64,000 nt of DNA from the human T2T-CHM13v2.0 reference genome, Homo sapiens. The stretch lies in assembly GCF_009914755.1 (NCBI RefSeq), contig NC_060947.1; one strand, written 5' to 3'. The position numbers and the translations under genes are program-made. Positions 1 to 13,747 of the stretch are shown here, piece after piece (the first letter of the stretch is position 1; every line of letters begins with the position of its first letter). The notes under the pieces are model-generated. The model saw only the letters and a list, made by a program, of their open reading frames with translations. It was not told the DNA's origin and searched no databases.

Positions 1-949
1 TCATCCATGCTCTGTGCTCATCTCCTCATATGGATGGGGTAAGTCTCCAGATGTTCAGGCAAGCAAGCATAGGCTGCTAGGCAATGACAATGAAAAACCA
101 TGGACTGCTCAATGTTAACGTGTTTTCTGAGAAAAACATGGCAGCCATGCCTAAGACCCTTAATTCAGGATTTAAAAAAAAAAAAAAAAAAAAAGAATAG
201 ATCCAGAAGACACACCGATGGGATCGGCAACTGGATGGATGTGTTCCAAATCCCCTGGACTTACACTTCTGGAGGGGCCTTTTTACAACAGTAAATCTTT
301 AGATATGAAAGAAAAGAAAAATCACTTCTATTTTATATTTTTGAGCCAAATTTAAATAAAGGCATTAAATATAAAGTTATTTATAAAATTTCAAAAAACA
401 CAGTATACATTTTAATCCCAAGGACAGGATCCCAACACCTAAAAGGCAGTCACAGGATTCCAAGAGGATGCCTTGGCTCAAAAGGTCTTTTAAAATGTCT
501 TGATTCTGGGCACCTGGCAAGAAATGGGAAAATGGTTTATGCCCTGCAGAGGGAAAACTGCAAAATGTTCCCCCTAAGAGAGTGAAGATAGAGATGAGGT
601 GACCAGTGGTGGCTTATGAAGACAGACACAGCTGTGAGTGGTCATTGCCAAAGGTGGGCATGAAACAAGGGGAAATTGCAAAAAGGAAAGCAAAACAATG
701 CCTTGTTTATTTTTCCCCATTTACTTATTTAATGTAATTTAGCGAGAAGGCTGAACAAATGAACTTCAGACTGTCATGCTTCTTAGCACCTAGGAAATTA
801 TCACCGGAAGCAACTAAGTGACAAACACTGAGCTTCCAAGAAAGACCATATTCACTGAGCAAGGTCTTTCAAAGCTATATTTGTTATCTTTCATTTTTAG
901 CTATTATTTAAAATATTAAGGAATGCCATAACAATGCTATAAATATAGT

Positions 950-1149
950 AAAGGTTGGTAAATTATAGCCATCTGTTTTTATTTATAAGGTTTTATTGGA
1001 ACACAGTTGCACCCATTTGTTTACATACTATCTAGGGCTGCTTTCATGCTATAGTGGCAGATTTGAATAGTTACAACAGACACTGAGTGGTCTGCAGCAC
1101 CTAAAATACTTACTATCTGACCTTTACGGAAAAAGTGTGTTGACCCTTG
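950..1149 (-). mobile_element. MER58A-like hAT-Charlie DNA transposon
   Basis: Characteristic 'aaggttttattggaacacag...tacttactatctgacctttacggaaaaagtg' sequence. Confidence 0.75.
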
Positions 1150-1416
1150 ATTTTAAATACAGCATAATAAGGCTTGGCTACATAAAGCAGTTAATGCAAT
1201 TGATAAAATCAGCTTATCAAATAGGAAATTATTACATTTTCTCTTATACACTCTTTGACGAGAAATATCACTCAGCTGGCTAAGGATCAAAATTCTCGTC
1301 TATGGCATTTTGTCTGCTATTTAATCTGCCACCAATCAGCAAAATTATTATTAAAACCAAGATTATACTACCCCTAATGGTCCCTACGATGACTTAGCAC
1401 CCCTGTACTCCTGTAA

Positions 1417-1781
<365 letters not shown>

Positions 1782-4700
1782 AGAGAACACCATTAAACGA
1801 ATAAATGAATGAACAACAAAGCACATTTGTGAAACTGGGATTGTAACCTTCCTCTCTTAAAAACAGTCGGTGTGGTCACTTTCTTCCTCCGTTCCATGGC
1901 CATCCCTACTCCTGGCCAACTATCTCCCATGTATGTACATTTGGTCCAAAGGAGAAAAAAGCGAGAGTGTCTTTGTAACAATCCAATCCAATCCATCACA
2001 GTCACAGAGAGGGGAAGTTTAAGTCATGGGGACACTGGTTATTTTGCATGTTCTCAGATACATCAAGACTAAGTCACTTTATTAAGATCATTTAGTCTAA
2101 ATTGACCCTGTACTTCCAAATAACAGAGAAATGTGATCTTGAAAATCATAATAATCTTAATTCAGGGTTTACACTCAATTTCAGGGAAGGCAAATCTAAA
2201 TTTCCAGAAATGGCCCAGAATTCTTTTTCTAACGAAATAGCAAGGCCAAGTCTTTAAAAAAATCCTAATGGAATTAATAATGTAAAAGTAGAAGATGTAC
2301 CAAATGGCTCGTTGAGATCTTTTCCACATTTAAATGTTCTAAAAAAAAAAAAAAAAAATCAAAGGAAGCTGTATCATACCTACCACATATGTTCCGCACC
2401 ATCTGGCCAGCCACTTTTCTCTACAGCCTATTCCCCAGACACCAACTCTTCAGATGTCCACCTTGGCAAATTCTTACAGATAATAACTGCATCTAAAACT
2501 TCCTCTGTACCATATTTATATAGCCAAGTTAGAAAATGTCAACACAAATTTCAAAATGCAATAATTCGCAGATCATCAGGAATAGTGTGACGTGTGTTAT
2601 GTGTCCCTTTGGGTTTTTAATCACACAAGTCGTATATTCTAGAGGAGTGCTTTTCTTCCTAAACGAAAAATGAGAGCCAGAAGTGCATACATTTTGCTAA
2701 ATTAAAAAAAAAAATAAGAAATTATATCTATTTGATCAAAAAGATTAAAATAGATGTATTAATTTTTTAAGGAAGTCAATAATTTAAATTCATTTCTTAC
2801 TTTGACTATATCCTGTAATTTATTTTAAATTACACATTGTTTCCCATTCACTATATTTTTCTTCCTGTGTGGTTAGGAATTTAATTTGATGCCTGTAATT
2901 TATTTCAGCAACGATTCATAGGAAGTTAACTAACCTGACTATAATTGTTTCAGTAGAATTCAATTACCTACATATAATGAAAATAATTTTCATAACAGAT
3001 AGATTTTTCCCCCATAATAGAGCATACAAAGTTGTTATGATTCAATTGTTTTTCTACTCAGTGATTATCCACTCTCAGCAATTTCAGATGCATTTATTTT
3101 CACAAATGAAATGACAACAAGTAATACTCCACTGAAATCAATGGAAACCGACTCTCCATCTTTTTATTATTGGGTTCCATAATCTATTTCTTTTGATTCT
3201 GTCTTATTCATTTCCTCTGCTTATTCCATGTCAGTGAATCTGCTTACTCAATCTTCACACTTTAATGCTTTTAATTTAAAAACTATCATTTGTAATAATT
3301 TGGCATTTCTTACATCCATCTAAGAAAATCTGCTTGTTTTCCTTAAAAATCCCTAAATATCTACTAAATACTCTTGTGAATTTTGGTATCTGGTAGCATG
3401 CTGTGATGAAAACTATCAGACTGAAAAAACACAAATGCTTTCCTTTTTTAAGGACATGGATTAATTTTGTCTAAAGTAGAAACAAAGTCATTGTGATTAA
3501 GTTTAAAGAAAGAGCTCTCTTTGTAGGAGTTAGTGAATCACAATAGCTGGGTTGTGTTGTCCCGCTGAAACTCCCAGGAAAGATCCCAACTAGAAAAGCA
3601 AGGTCAATTTATAAAGCTAAGTTTAATTTACATTCTTAGTTCTTAATAGACACTGCAATAATTATCCAAAGATATTAATTCACATGCTATTGGGTATTAG
3701 CCATTGGGCAATAATGCCCCAAATTAAGAGACAGGCATCACTCCATCACCAACCACTGAAAACAGATGGGAAAGGAGAAACACAGGAAAAAAAATATATA
3801 TGTGCATAAAAAACTCTGCGTAAAGTGACAAAATTTACAGGATTAAATTTAATGAATAAAATCCTTTGCTGAAAGGCTTAAAAGAAAAACATAAAAAACG
3901 GATCCACCAGCTCAAGAATTATATAACACATTCTATAAATAATTATGTCAAGTTTTCAAATGTTAATTTCAATGGAAAAATAATTTTTTAATAAACTTAA
4001 ACTTAAATCTGAAGGAATACTGATGTGACAATCACGCAGAAACATTTGTGGCTATCATTTTATCCTATGTGTACCTTAATGATGATGGGTGAGCAAATTG
4101 GGAAACTACAAAGTGTCTTGTGTGGGCTTTGATTTTGTGTAGCCAGCATATGAACTTGTTCATCTAAATGCAGATTAGATAAGCCACCCTCCAGATCAAC
4201 AATTATGGTGGGTCACACAACAATCACAACCCCTCTTGCTGTAGATCAGGAAAAACAAATCCCCTGGCTTGTATTCTTATTCAAGCATGTACCATACATG
4301 TCACACTAGCTTCTGGTAGTGTGATATTTTTGAATTATTTAACAAGCAGCTAGTGTTTATACATTTAGGTAATTTTTAAAGTTCCTTCACAAATTATCTT
4401 TTGCTTCTAATTTTGTCTCTAAAATCACAACTAATGACTTTTCATATACGGGTTGTCAGGGATGTACTAGCAACCTGTAGATCTGTTATTAAATAAGATT
4501 TAATTGACATAAAATAATAGCAGTCCATAAGACTAAGTGATAAGATACACAGTTGTGTAGTAATGATTTTATATTGGTTATATGACCTTTGCTTCCTTTC
4601 AGAGAGAAATTTAAAAAAGGGATTTTTTTGCAAAGACCAAAACGGTTTTATCTGCCATGGTTGAATACCACATTAATAAAAATTAAAAGTATGTACTAAG

Positions 4701-4994
4701 TAAAATCATCATTTTAGGATAAAATCGTGATAGGCTTCCTTGGGACAATGCTATTACATTATCATACCCCGACAACATGCAATCAACTTAGTCTCTAGTC
4801 ATCATGGAAAAAACTTTGATCTCACTTCTTCATCTTGATAAATATTCCCAAGAGCTTCTCTTATAGCTATTTGGTCATTGATGAAGATTTTTTTTTTTTA
4901 AAGACACACAAGAAAATACAGGCTGGGTTTTTGGTGGGGAGGTGTAGATTTGGTAAGAGGATTGAACTAAACAAACGATTTTAAAATTAAGGTG

Positions 4995-5085
4995 CTATGT
5001 ACTTAATGCCACTGAATCGTATACTTAAAATGGTAAATTTTATGTTATGTGTATTGTGTGATACCTAAAAAAATTAATTTAAAAA
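4995..5085 (+). mobile_element. L1M 3' end fragment
   Basis: 'tacttaatgccactgaa...tacttaaaatggtaaattttatgttatgtgta' is the old L1M 3' UTR terminus. Confidence 0.65.
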
Positions 5086-5171
5086 GTAAAATTGCTCTGT
5101 TTAGGATAAAATATTATTGTGTACCAAAGCAATTTTATATAAAAACAAGCAGTCTTTACCCCAGCATACTG

Positions 5172-5252
5172 TGAAGCTGAAGTACATGTAATTGCCGTTT
5201 TTGTAGGTTTAAAATGGTTGACTATCAGCAATTTCATATGGTTCAGCCTGTA
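5172..5252 (-). mobile_element. MADE2 (Hsmar2-derived mariner MITE)
   Basis: About 80 bp with terminal inverted repeats, 'aattgccgtttttgtagg...atcagcaatttcatatggttca'. Confidence 0.8.
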
Positions 5253-6273
5253 TCTTTATAAATAAAACGAAGTTTTGTCCCCGTACTGGCGAATTACTCT
5301 TTAGTGACTATCAGTGGACGCAAGGGCTGTGAGAAATAACCTTAGCATGATGGCTTTTTATATTAGAGCCACTGCGGTTACAGAATATGTTTTTGGGCAT
5401 TTATGACAGTCTATGACTTTGAGTGAGGGAAAATTACAATGCAGTGAGATCCATTAACCTAACAGTGGCTGAGCCGATTCTATGGGACATCAAACTTGAA
5501 ATCAGTCATTATTTAGAAAAAAGAGATTAATTTTAGTTCCTTTCTGCCATTTTCTTACTGCAAAAACACTTTATTCTCCAAAAAACCATTCTGTATATGA
5601 AAATTGTGGTACGTTCTAAGATTCTCTTTAAGAAATAGGACCTTTATCAATTTTCTTCCCCCCAGTCTCCAAGTCATAATTAGCAGAAGATCCCCCGCCC
5701 TGCCTTTCCATCAGCACTGGGTGACAGAGCTGATGTCCCCTCTCTGAAGCTCCAACTGTAAATGATTATTACATGTCGTAGTCAGGGCCTGATACAAGAA
5801 AGAGCAATCATATTAGAATAAGAAAATTAGAGAATGCCCAAATCACTACAGCATTAGCGGAACCAAAGCAGAATTAACATGCATGCCCCTCCAGTTCCTC
5901 CTCAGCATTAGCAGAAAACTACACATTCCACGTTCCTGGAATATAACATGCAGGACACAAGACCTAAGTTACGATTAATTATATTAATAAAAAAAGACAG
6001 TTTCCCCAATGCATCAGCCCAAGGTGACAAACTATAGACATCCCTCTATGAAATATCACGTCGGTAGAAAGATTTGGAACAGGAATGGATTGAAGAAAGG
6101 CTGCTCTATTAACTTAACATCAGCCCACAGGAAAAAAATCAACCCTGAAAGCAAGACCATGCCATAGGGATTGTCTCAGAGCCATTTTAAAAGAGAGACA
6201 AAACCCAGCTAACCCTTTTTAAGCACCCCCCAGTGAAAAGCTTTAAACAGGCTATTGTCAGAGCGCTGGGTAC

Positions 6274-6334
6274 CTTTTCTCTCTTGGCTTTGTTCAGTAT
6301 TTTCCTCGGCTGCAGTTTCCATGGCTGGCTTCAT
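6274..6334 (-). CDS. GPM6B: First coding exon of the long-N-terminus GPM6B (neuronal membrane glycoprotein M6-b) isoforms: MKPAMETAAEENTEQSQERK + 1 nt
   Basis: Minus strand reads ATG AAG CCA GCC ATG GAA ACT GCA GCC GAG GAA AAT ACT GAA CAA AGC CAA GAG AGA AAA G|gtaccc (61 nt). The peptide matches the recalled M6b N-terminus. The phase-1 donor fits the ...K-G-CFECC junction of the M6/PLP family. The second ATG has an ideal Kozak context (gccagccATGG). Confidence 0.95.
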
Positions 6335-6640
6335 ACCATCCACCAAAAATGCTTTTCCCCCTGTTCCCCCCAACACACACTTGTTTTTCCTCCTCTTCCT
6401 TTTCTTCTGGACTCCCCTCCGTCTCTTATTTACACCCGTCTGATTGAGAGGCTCTGTTCTTCACTACAGTAGATTACAGTCCCTTCCAAGATGCAAAAGT
6501 CTTGTCAGCGTCAATTTCGCTCTGCCTACTGGTCCATAAAGACAGCTGCCAAGGGGCAGGCAGCCATACGTCACCGAGGATCCCAGTTAGAAAACAGCCA
6601 TTCGGCGCCCGGTGGTGCCTACAGTCTCAATGCGGCTCCA
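6335..6640 (-). other. GPM6B: 5' UTR part of the GPM6B alternative first exon (upstream edge approximate)
   Basis: Repeat-free sequence with locally retained CpGs, contiguous with the ATG and with no obvious splice acceptor. The exact TSS cannot be read from sequence. Confidence 0.65.
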
Positions 6641-6920
6641 GTGGGAGTTGGGGGTAGGGGGGTGGGGGAGAAGGACCTGCTCCCCACCGGGCTCTTCCTC
6701 CTTGCTCTCTTTCTTAAGATCTCAATCTCGATCTCTCTCTCTCTCTCTCTTTCTCCCCACCTCATTTCTTCTAGCCAAGTACACCCAATGAATGCTAATT
6801 AATTCTCCCAGGAAAAAATAGATTTGTGACATCAGAGGAGGGGATGTGAAGGAGAAAGAAAAGAGCCCCCTCCCACCACGTGACTTTGTTGGTCGACAGC
6901 AATATATGTCGTCTCTAAGG
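6600..6920 (-). promoter_or_regulatory. GPM6B: Internal/proximal GPM6B promoter (not a classical CpG island)
   Basis: Lies immediately upstream of the first exon. Contains a G-tract cluster 6643-6668, (TC)n 6732-6750, CCAAT 6785-6789, ATGCTAAT 6792-6799, TGACATCA ~6827-6834 and E-box CACGTGAC 6877-6884. Confidence 0.6.
6732..6750. repeat. (TC)n microsatellite near the GPM6B TSS
   Basis: tctctctctctctctctct. Confidence 0.9.
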
Positions 6921-8966
6921 AGAATGCATGTCTTTGCATAGGCATGACACTTTCTTTCCTGTGTGGTCCATTTATGATGTATCAGTTTATTTCATTTACC
7001 CCTCGACCCTGGCAAAACATATTCAAAGGACGTGCCCATAGTCTCTATTTACTTTCTTAAATATTTGTCTTTCATACAATTTCTAGATAAGTACATTGCT
7101 TTTTAAAAATATAAATTAAAGAGGGGGAGAAAATACATTAGAGGGAAGAAAACTCAAACACGGATTTAACGATAGCAATGTAGCAATTTGTTATTAGAAC
7201 CCACTCCCTTGTCTATAGTTAATATATATGATAGTAAGAGAAACTCAAGCCTAATTTGTAAAAAGGCACCCTTCCTTATTTAAAAATAAGCATAACATGT
7301 TCACAAGTATATCGAGCTGACATTTTGGTAGTTTCTTGGAATGAAAATCAAAATAGTTTTTTAATCGGATATGGTTATTTCTACATGGAGTTTTACTCAT
7401 TAGAATTCCTCACTCCAAATCGAAGGGGTGTTTTCAAGAGCTCTCTAAATATTCAACATAAAGGCTAGTATACCAATAATGATTTGCCTTCTTGCATACC
7501 CAGATACCATGAGGCCAACATTCTCAACCCATACCAACATATAAGCCTTTATCATGATTATGAGCCATGTTTCCAAGCATCACTAATTTCTGCACCATTT
7601 TTTATGCATTTGGCTGACCAACTGGCCTTCGCCGTCCCTATAAAAAATTAGAGAGACTCAAGTCAAATACAGGGATGACCACTGATAGGATTCCCAGATC
7701 ATGAATAGTCTGCTAGTTGGTTGGGCTTAACACTTATCTTGGAAGCAAACATAAAGACAAGTTGGAGACCACCCTCTCCTAAAATCACTCTCCTAAGTTT
7801 TGATGGTTTCTTGCTCAACTCCTTGAAAAAAAAGTATAAGGTACTGAATCAAAATCTTCTAAAAACCTGATCTTTTAATACCTTGGTTTTAGATAATCCC
7901 TCAAACCTTCTTATATTTAGAACTTCTAGATGTGTTACAGTCGAGAAGATTTTGAAAACCAGTTTAGCTTGTTTCAACGTTTAATTTTACATCTTGCTTT
8001 TCCCTTTACCATTGTCTTAGAAGACCACGCCCACAATCAAATATGTATTCCCTCAAATTAAGGCCCCAGCCAATTTTATTGTCTCCTGGTCAGGGGATTG
8101 AGAAGTATGGCAGCCTAAAACCACAGACTTTAGAAAAAAGATTCGTTTGTGATATAATTATTTCCATGGGAAAACCCTATGGTGTGTCCGGATAGGACAG
8201 TCTTAGACATTTTTTGCAAAGACTACTTAGGTCCATTCAAATATAGAAAGGTGGCAAGTGTTGGTATGTAACAGGCTTGCTTTCCCAGCAGTTCAAATGA
8301 GAATTAAAACCAAAACAAAATTCAATTCAGCACAAAAGAGGACACTGTGATTAGCTGTTATTGGTTTTTAAAGTGTCCAGCAAAAACATCTGATTATAGA
8401 ACCAGCAGATCCTAATAATTTTTTGGCTGTTGCTTAAGAATATTATTTTAATAGTGATGCTGGTGAAAAGGCAGAATATGAAAGACATTCTTAATTTAAG
8501 AACAACTCTAGTTCTATATCGAGATCAAAACCATTAGACAAAATATTCACACATCCTCCAGTTGATACCTGCATCTACTTTCCACCTGAAAAACTACATG
8601 GAAATGAGCAATTCATCACTTTTGCCTGATTCACAACTTCATCATTTTCTTTTCACTAGGATAATGTATTACAATTCTAGAAATTACCATTATATCACTT
8701 TATAACAGCCTCAAGATCTCACTGATGTTTATGATAAACCATTTGAAAAACAATTGTCAAGAGGAAGAGAGAAGAGTATTGCTTATTACATTTCTGAGAT
8801 ATGCATCCATTTTTGGCCAGAAAAGTTCTATATGTAGAAGTAGGATGGAAAATGTCTTCCAGAGCTGAAAATATTTCTTTGAGCCCCATGCTCTAAGGCA
8901 GTCTGGTTGAAGGTAAGAACACTTCTGAAAGCCAAAACAGGAATACAAAATACTGAACAAAACAGA

Positions 8967-9035
8967 TTAGAATAAACATATGAAATTGCTGATATTGACC
9001 AAGAAGAACAGCAGTTTCACGTGGTTTGACTTATA
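8967..9035 (+). mobile_element. MADE2 MITE (internally deleted)
   Basis: 'catatgaaattgctgatattgacc...cagcagtttcacgtggtttgacttata' matches the MADE2 TIRs. Confidence 0.7.
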
Positions 9036-9419
9036 TGTTTGTAAGTCTTCTGTATAATTGCAGCCAGCTCAGTAAACATGCATGAAGTAACCTCCCTAGT
9101 GCCAACATCTACAAGCAGCACAGACATGCACAAGTGACGATGCCTGTCTCCAGGTAACCCACGGCTAATGGGACACAGAAAACTCTTCTAAAACAGGGTG
9201 CTCCTGCCTGCCACAAGCACTATGGCATCACAACAAAGAAAATGGATGGAGGGGGAAGAGAATTTGAAAAAAGCTTTGCAGAGTTGAGTTGGCTATTGCA
9301 GTAATGCTTAGAAACCTGCTGGGTAGGGTAGGGAAGGGAAAAGCAGGAAAGAGGAACGGAAAGAGTTCTAGGAAAAACTGAAGGGCATATGAGAGGAAAA
9401 AGAGGGTACTGTCAAAGGG

Positions 9420-10270
9420 TCAGGAAGTGATTTTTCTGACAGAGGGACTGAAGGGAGATGGCTGAGCCAGTAGGTTGGGAACCAGGTAGGTTGAACACCT
9501 TGCTAGCCCTGGAGGCAGTAGGTAGAGATAGAAGGCTCAAGAGCAGAGCTGATCGTGCTTTACAAAGGTCATTCTATTGGTAACGTGGAAGACAGGGTGG
9601 GTGGAGTATGAGACTAGAGGCTGGCAAACTAGTCAGGAGTCTCCTGCAACAGTACCAGTAAGAGATAGTGTGAACCTGAACTATGGCACGGGGAGGAAGT
9701 GAGGACCCAGATGTCATTGGATTGGATCTGTATGAGTAGGGGTGGAGGAGGATTTGAAGGGGAGGCTAGAGTTTCTAGCTTGGGTGAGTGAGGAGATGGT
9801 CATGCTGGGAACCAATATGGGGAACCAAAGAGAAGGAAGAAGTTTGGTAGGGGAGATTATCAAGCGTGGTTGAAGGTACTCTTAGGACATCCTGCAGGGA
9901 CTAAGAGGCATTCAGGAATATGGCTCCAGAAGAGAGGAGCTGGCCAGAGAGCAGCATCCGGGAGTCTTCAGTGTGGAGGCAGCCCTGGGAGTACAAGAAG
10001 CCCAGTTCTGCTCAAATGCCATCTTCTCAGGGGACTCTCCCTGACTCTTGTCTAAAATAGCAGCCCTGACATTCCTGGTCCCCTTAATCTGGATTTGAGT
10101 TTCATCATAGCTTTAACCACGACTCAACACTGTTATTCACTTATTTGTTCATCACTTCCCATCCTCCTAGAATACAGGCTCCTTAAAGGCAGAAATTGTT
10201 GTCTTATTCTCCACTGTATTCTAAGAGCTCTTGGAACACTTCTGGGCACATAGCGGGTTCTCAACAAAAT
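9420..10270. mobile_element. L2 LINE fragments (both orientations)
   Basis: Degenerate L2 3' motifs, e.g. 'ctcaaatgccatcttctcagggggactctccctgac' and 'ctagaatacaggctccttaaaggcag'. Confidence 0.65.
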
Positions 10271-10734
10271 CTATTTTAAATCAATGTTAAACAACCAGGG
10301 AGAGATACAGATTTCAAGTATGCCAAGATTAGAGCTTAGGGTACACTACCTTTTAAATGTAAAGGTAAAGGAAAAACTTTAAAAAGAGGGTAAAAGAAAC
10401 AAAGAAGGACAAATTAGAAAACGAGGGAAATAAGACCAAAGTGGAATCATGAAATTCGAGAAAGGTTCTGTGAAGGGCATCAAGTTAACAGTGTAGAATA
10501 GTGTCAAATACCATAAAAGGAGGAAAAAGGATGAGGACTAGCAAGCAGAAAGGAGTTTTACCACCAAATAGCCTTTGGAACTTCTGTGAGAAGGCTGAAT
10601 GATGGGGAAGGATATAACACTTCCCAGTCTCTTTCACGATCACCCTCAAAATAGGAGGCTCCCAAGGTCCAGTTGACATGTTAAACTCATACATAGGGCT
10701 TTGGCTGATGCCTGTACATCTTGGCCCTGTTTTT

Positions 10735-11470
<736 letters not shown>

Positions 11471-11787
11471 TGATATTTTAGGTTTCTTCTGGCTTTTGAA
11501 GGACTCCTCAGGGGGCAGTCATTAATCAGAAGGAGGGATGTTTCCACATTCTTTCTAACTACTAATACCTCTGCAATTTTGGTGTTTCATGGAACATTTA
11601 AGCAACAAGAAACACCCTGGCATAATCCTTCCTTATTGCCCCTCAAAGGAAATCAATACCCAGAACAAGCTCTACACCTCCCTCAACAAATTTTATTTCT
11701 TTTTCTCTTCAAGCCCCATTACACAGCAATTTTTCTTTTTTCTAAATTATAAATAAATTGTGCTTAAAATAAGTTTGTGTTAAGTGA

Positions 11788-12104
<317 letters not shown>

Positions 12105-12950
12105 CTTGTGACTCCTATTTTCACACTGCTCCCCATGACAAAATCAAAGATGTGTTCTGGTATCAAATACATCGGCCCTCTGTCTACTTGGAGAAAACAG
12201 AATGATAAATACAGCAAGAATTCTTAAATAGTAGACAGAAAAGATACTTTTTATATAAAGTAGCAACGATATTCAACATATTAATAATTCTGTGATGTTA
12301 AAAATGCTGCATACATTTAAAAACACAGAAACTGGACACATAGCATGGAGCCAGGAATTTAGAATGTGATTGTCTACATTTGGGTCCTTTCCATAATCAG
12401 AATTTCCCAAAGCTTTATCAATTTGGCAAAGACTTTGTCCTCCATTACCGGAATTAAATTTCTCATTTTTCATCCAATGTGGGTTTTTAAAAAAATATCT
12501 TTTGATCCCTTACTCTTTTTAGTTTTTTTCTTCTTGTATTTTCTGAGTACCTCTTGTATATTTGCTATACTTTCCTTTATAGGAAATGACACTGCATAAA
12601 GCTAAGACTTGAAAAGACAAATCAAACTGGTTGGTGTATAGCAAAATGCTTATAAATGGTAAAGCTACGTGAACTATAAGCCGTCATTGCTAGTGTTTCT
12701 CTTTAATGGTAGAGGTGGAGCCCAGGCAGGTCACTGTCATGAAACTGGCTAACATCGATGACAATGAGCACACATGGAACCTCTGTTAGCCAGTCTCTTC
12801 TCAACTTAATCACTTGTTTATTTAACGACTGTCAGTGTCCTCATTAGGAGCCTCAGGAGCCACCAAAACAGTGATTGCTGAGTTTGGCAAAAGCCAACTT
12901 GAGTTGTAATGACCCTTTCTCTCCTGACAAAAACATTCCACTGAATCTGG

Positions 12951-13243
<293 letters not shown>

Positions 13244-13484
13244 TCCACTGAACCTCATTTTCAAAAGGAGAGCAAGAGAATAAGTTTGGCACCAGCAGGC
13301 TGAGGCTTCCTGTGATGGAAACTGGTGCTGCATGAAAAGTTTCAACATACTGGGCTGCCAAATGGGCACAGCACAGGCAGTACTGCGGCATGAGGGGGCA
13401 TGTGCCTCCTCAGCACTGGTGTCTACTGCATCTGTCTGTCCCAAAGTCAAGGTCGGTATTGCTGCTCCTCTCCTCGCTCTTAAA

Positions 13485-13693
13485 TCAGGATTGCTCCACC
13501 TTGGCACTAGTGATGTTTGGGGCTGGATCATTATTGTGAGGCTGTCCTGGGCATTGTGGATGTGTAACAGCATCCCTGGCCTCTACTCAGTAGATGCCCA
13601 GGAGCACCACCCCGGTTCTGATGACCTAAAATGTTTCTAAACACTGCCAAGTGTCTCCTGGAGGGTAATATCATCCCCAGTTGAGAACCATTG
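13485..13693 (+). mobile_element. MER20 hAT DNA transposon
   Basis: 'cttggcactagtgatgtttggggctggat...agcatccctggcctctactcagtagatgcc...gttgagaaccattg'. Confidence 0.8.
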
Positions 13694-13747
13694 CCTTAGA
13701 GCTATCTTTTCTTCCGTAAGCTTTGTCTGGCTATTGTGATATTCTAT

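Noticed and set aside
2365-2590. Possible minus-strand cassette exon ending at a GTAGGT/GTATGA donor near 2380
   Set aside because: No convincing acceptor or open frame, and no match to the GPM6B sequence I recall.
3481-3495. Inverted SOX-like pair AACAAAG-t-CATTGTG
   Set aside because: Spacing is shorter than typical SoxE dimer sites, and the motif is frequent in AT-rich DNA.
6233-6802. Plus-strand ORFs (79, 62 and 103 aa) overlapping the GPM6B exon and promoter
   Set aside because: They are antisense shadows of the purine-rich leader and CT repeat, with low-complexity F/L/S content and no recognisable homology.
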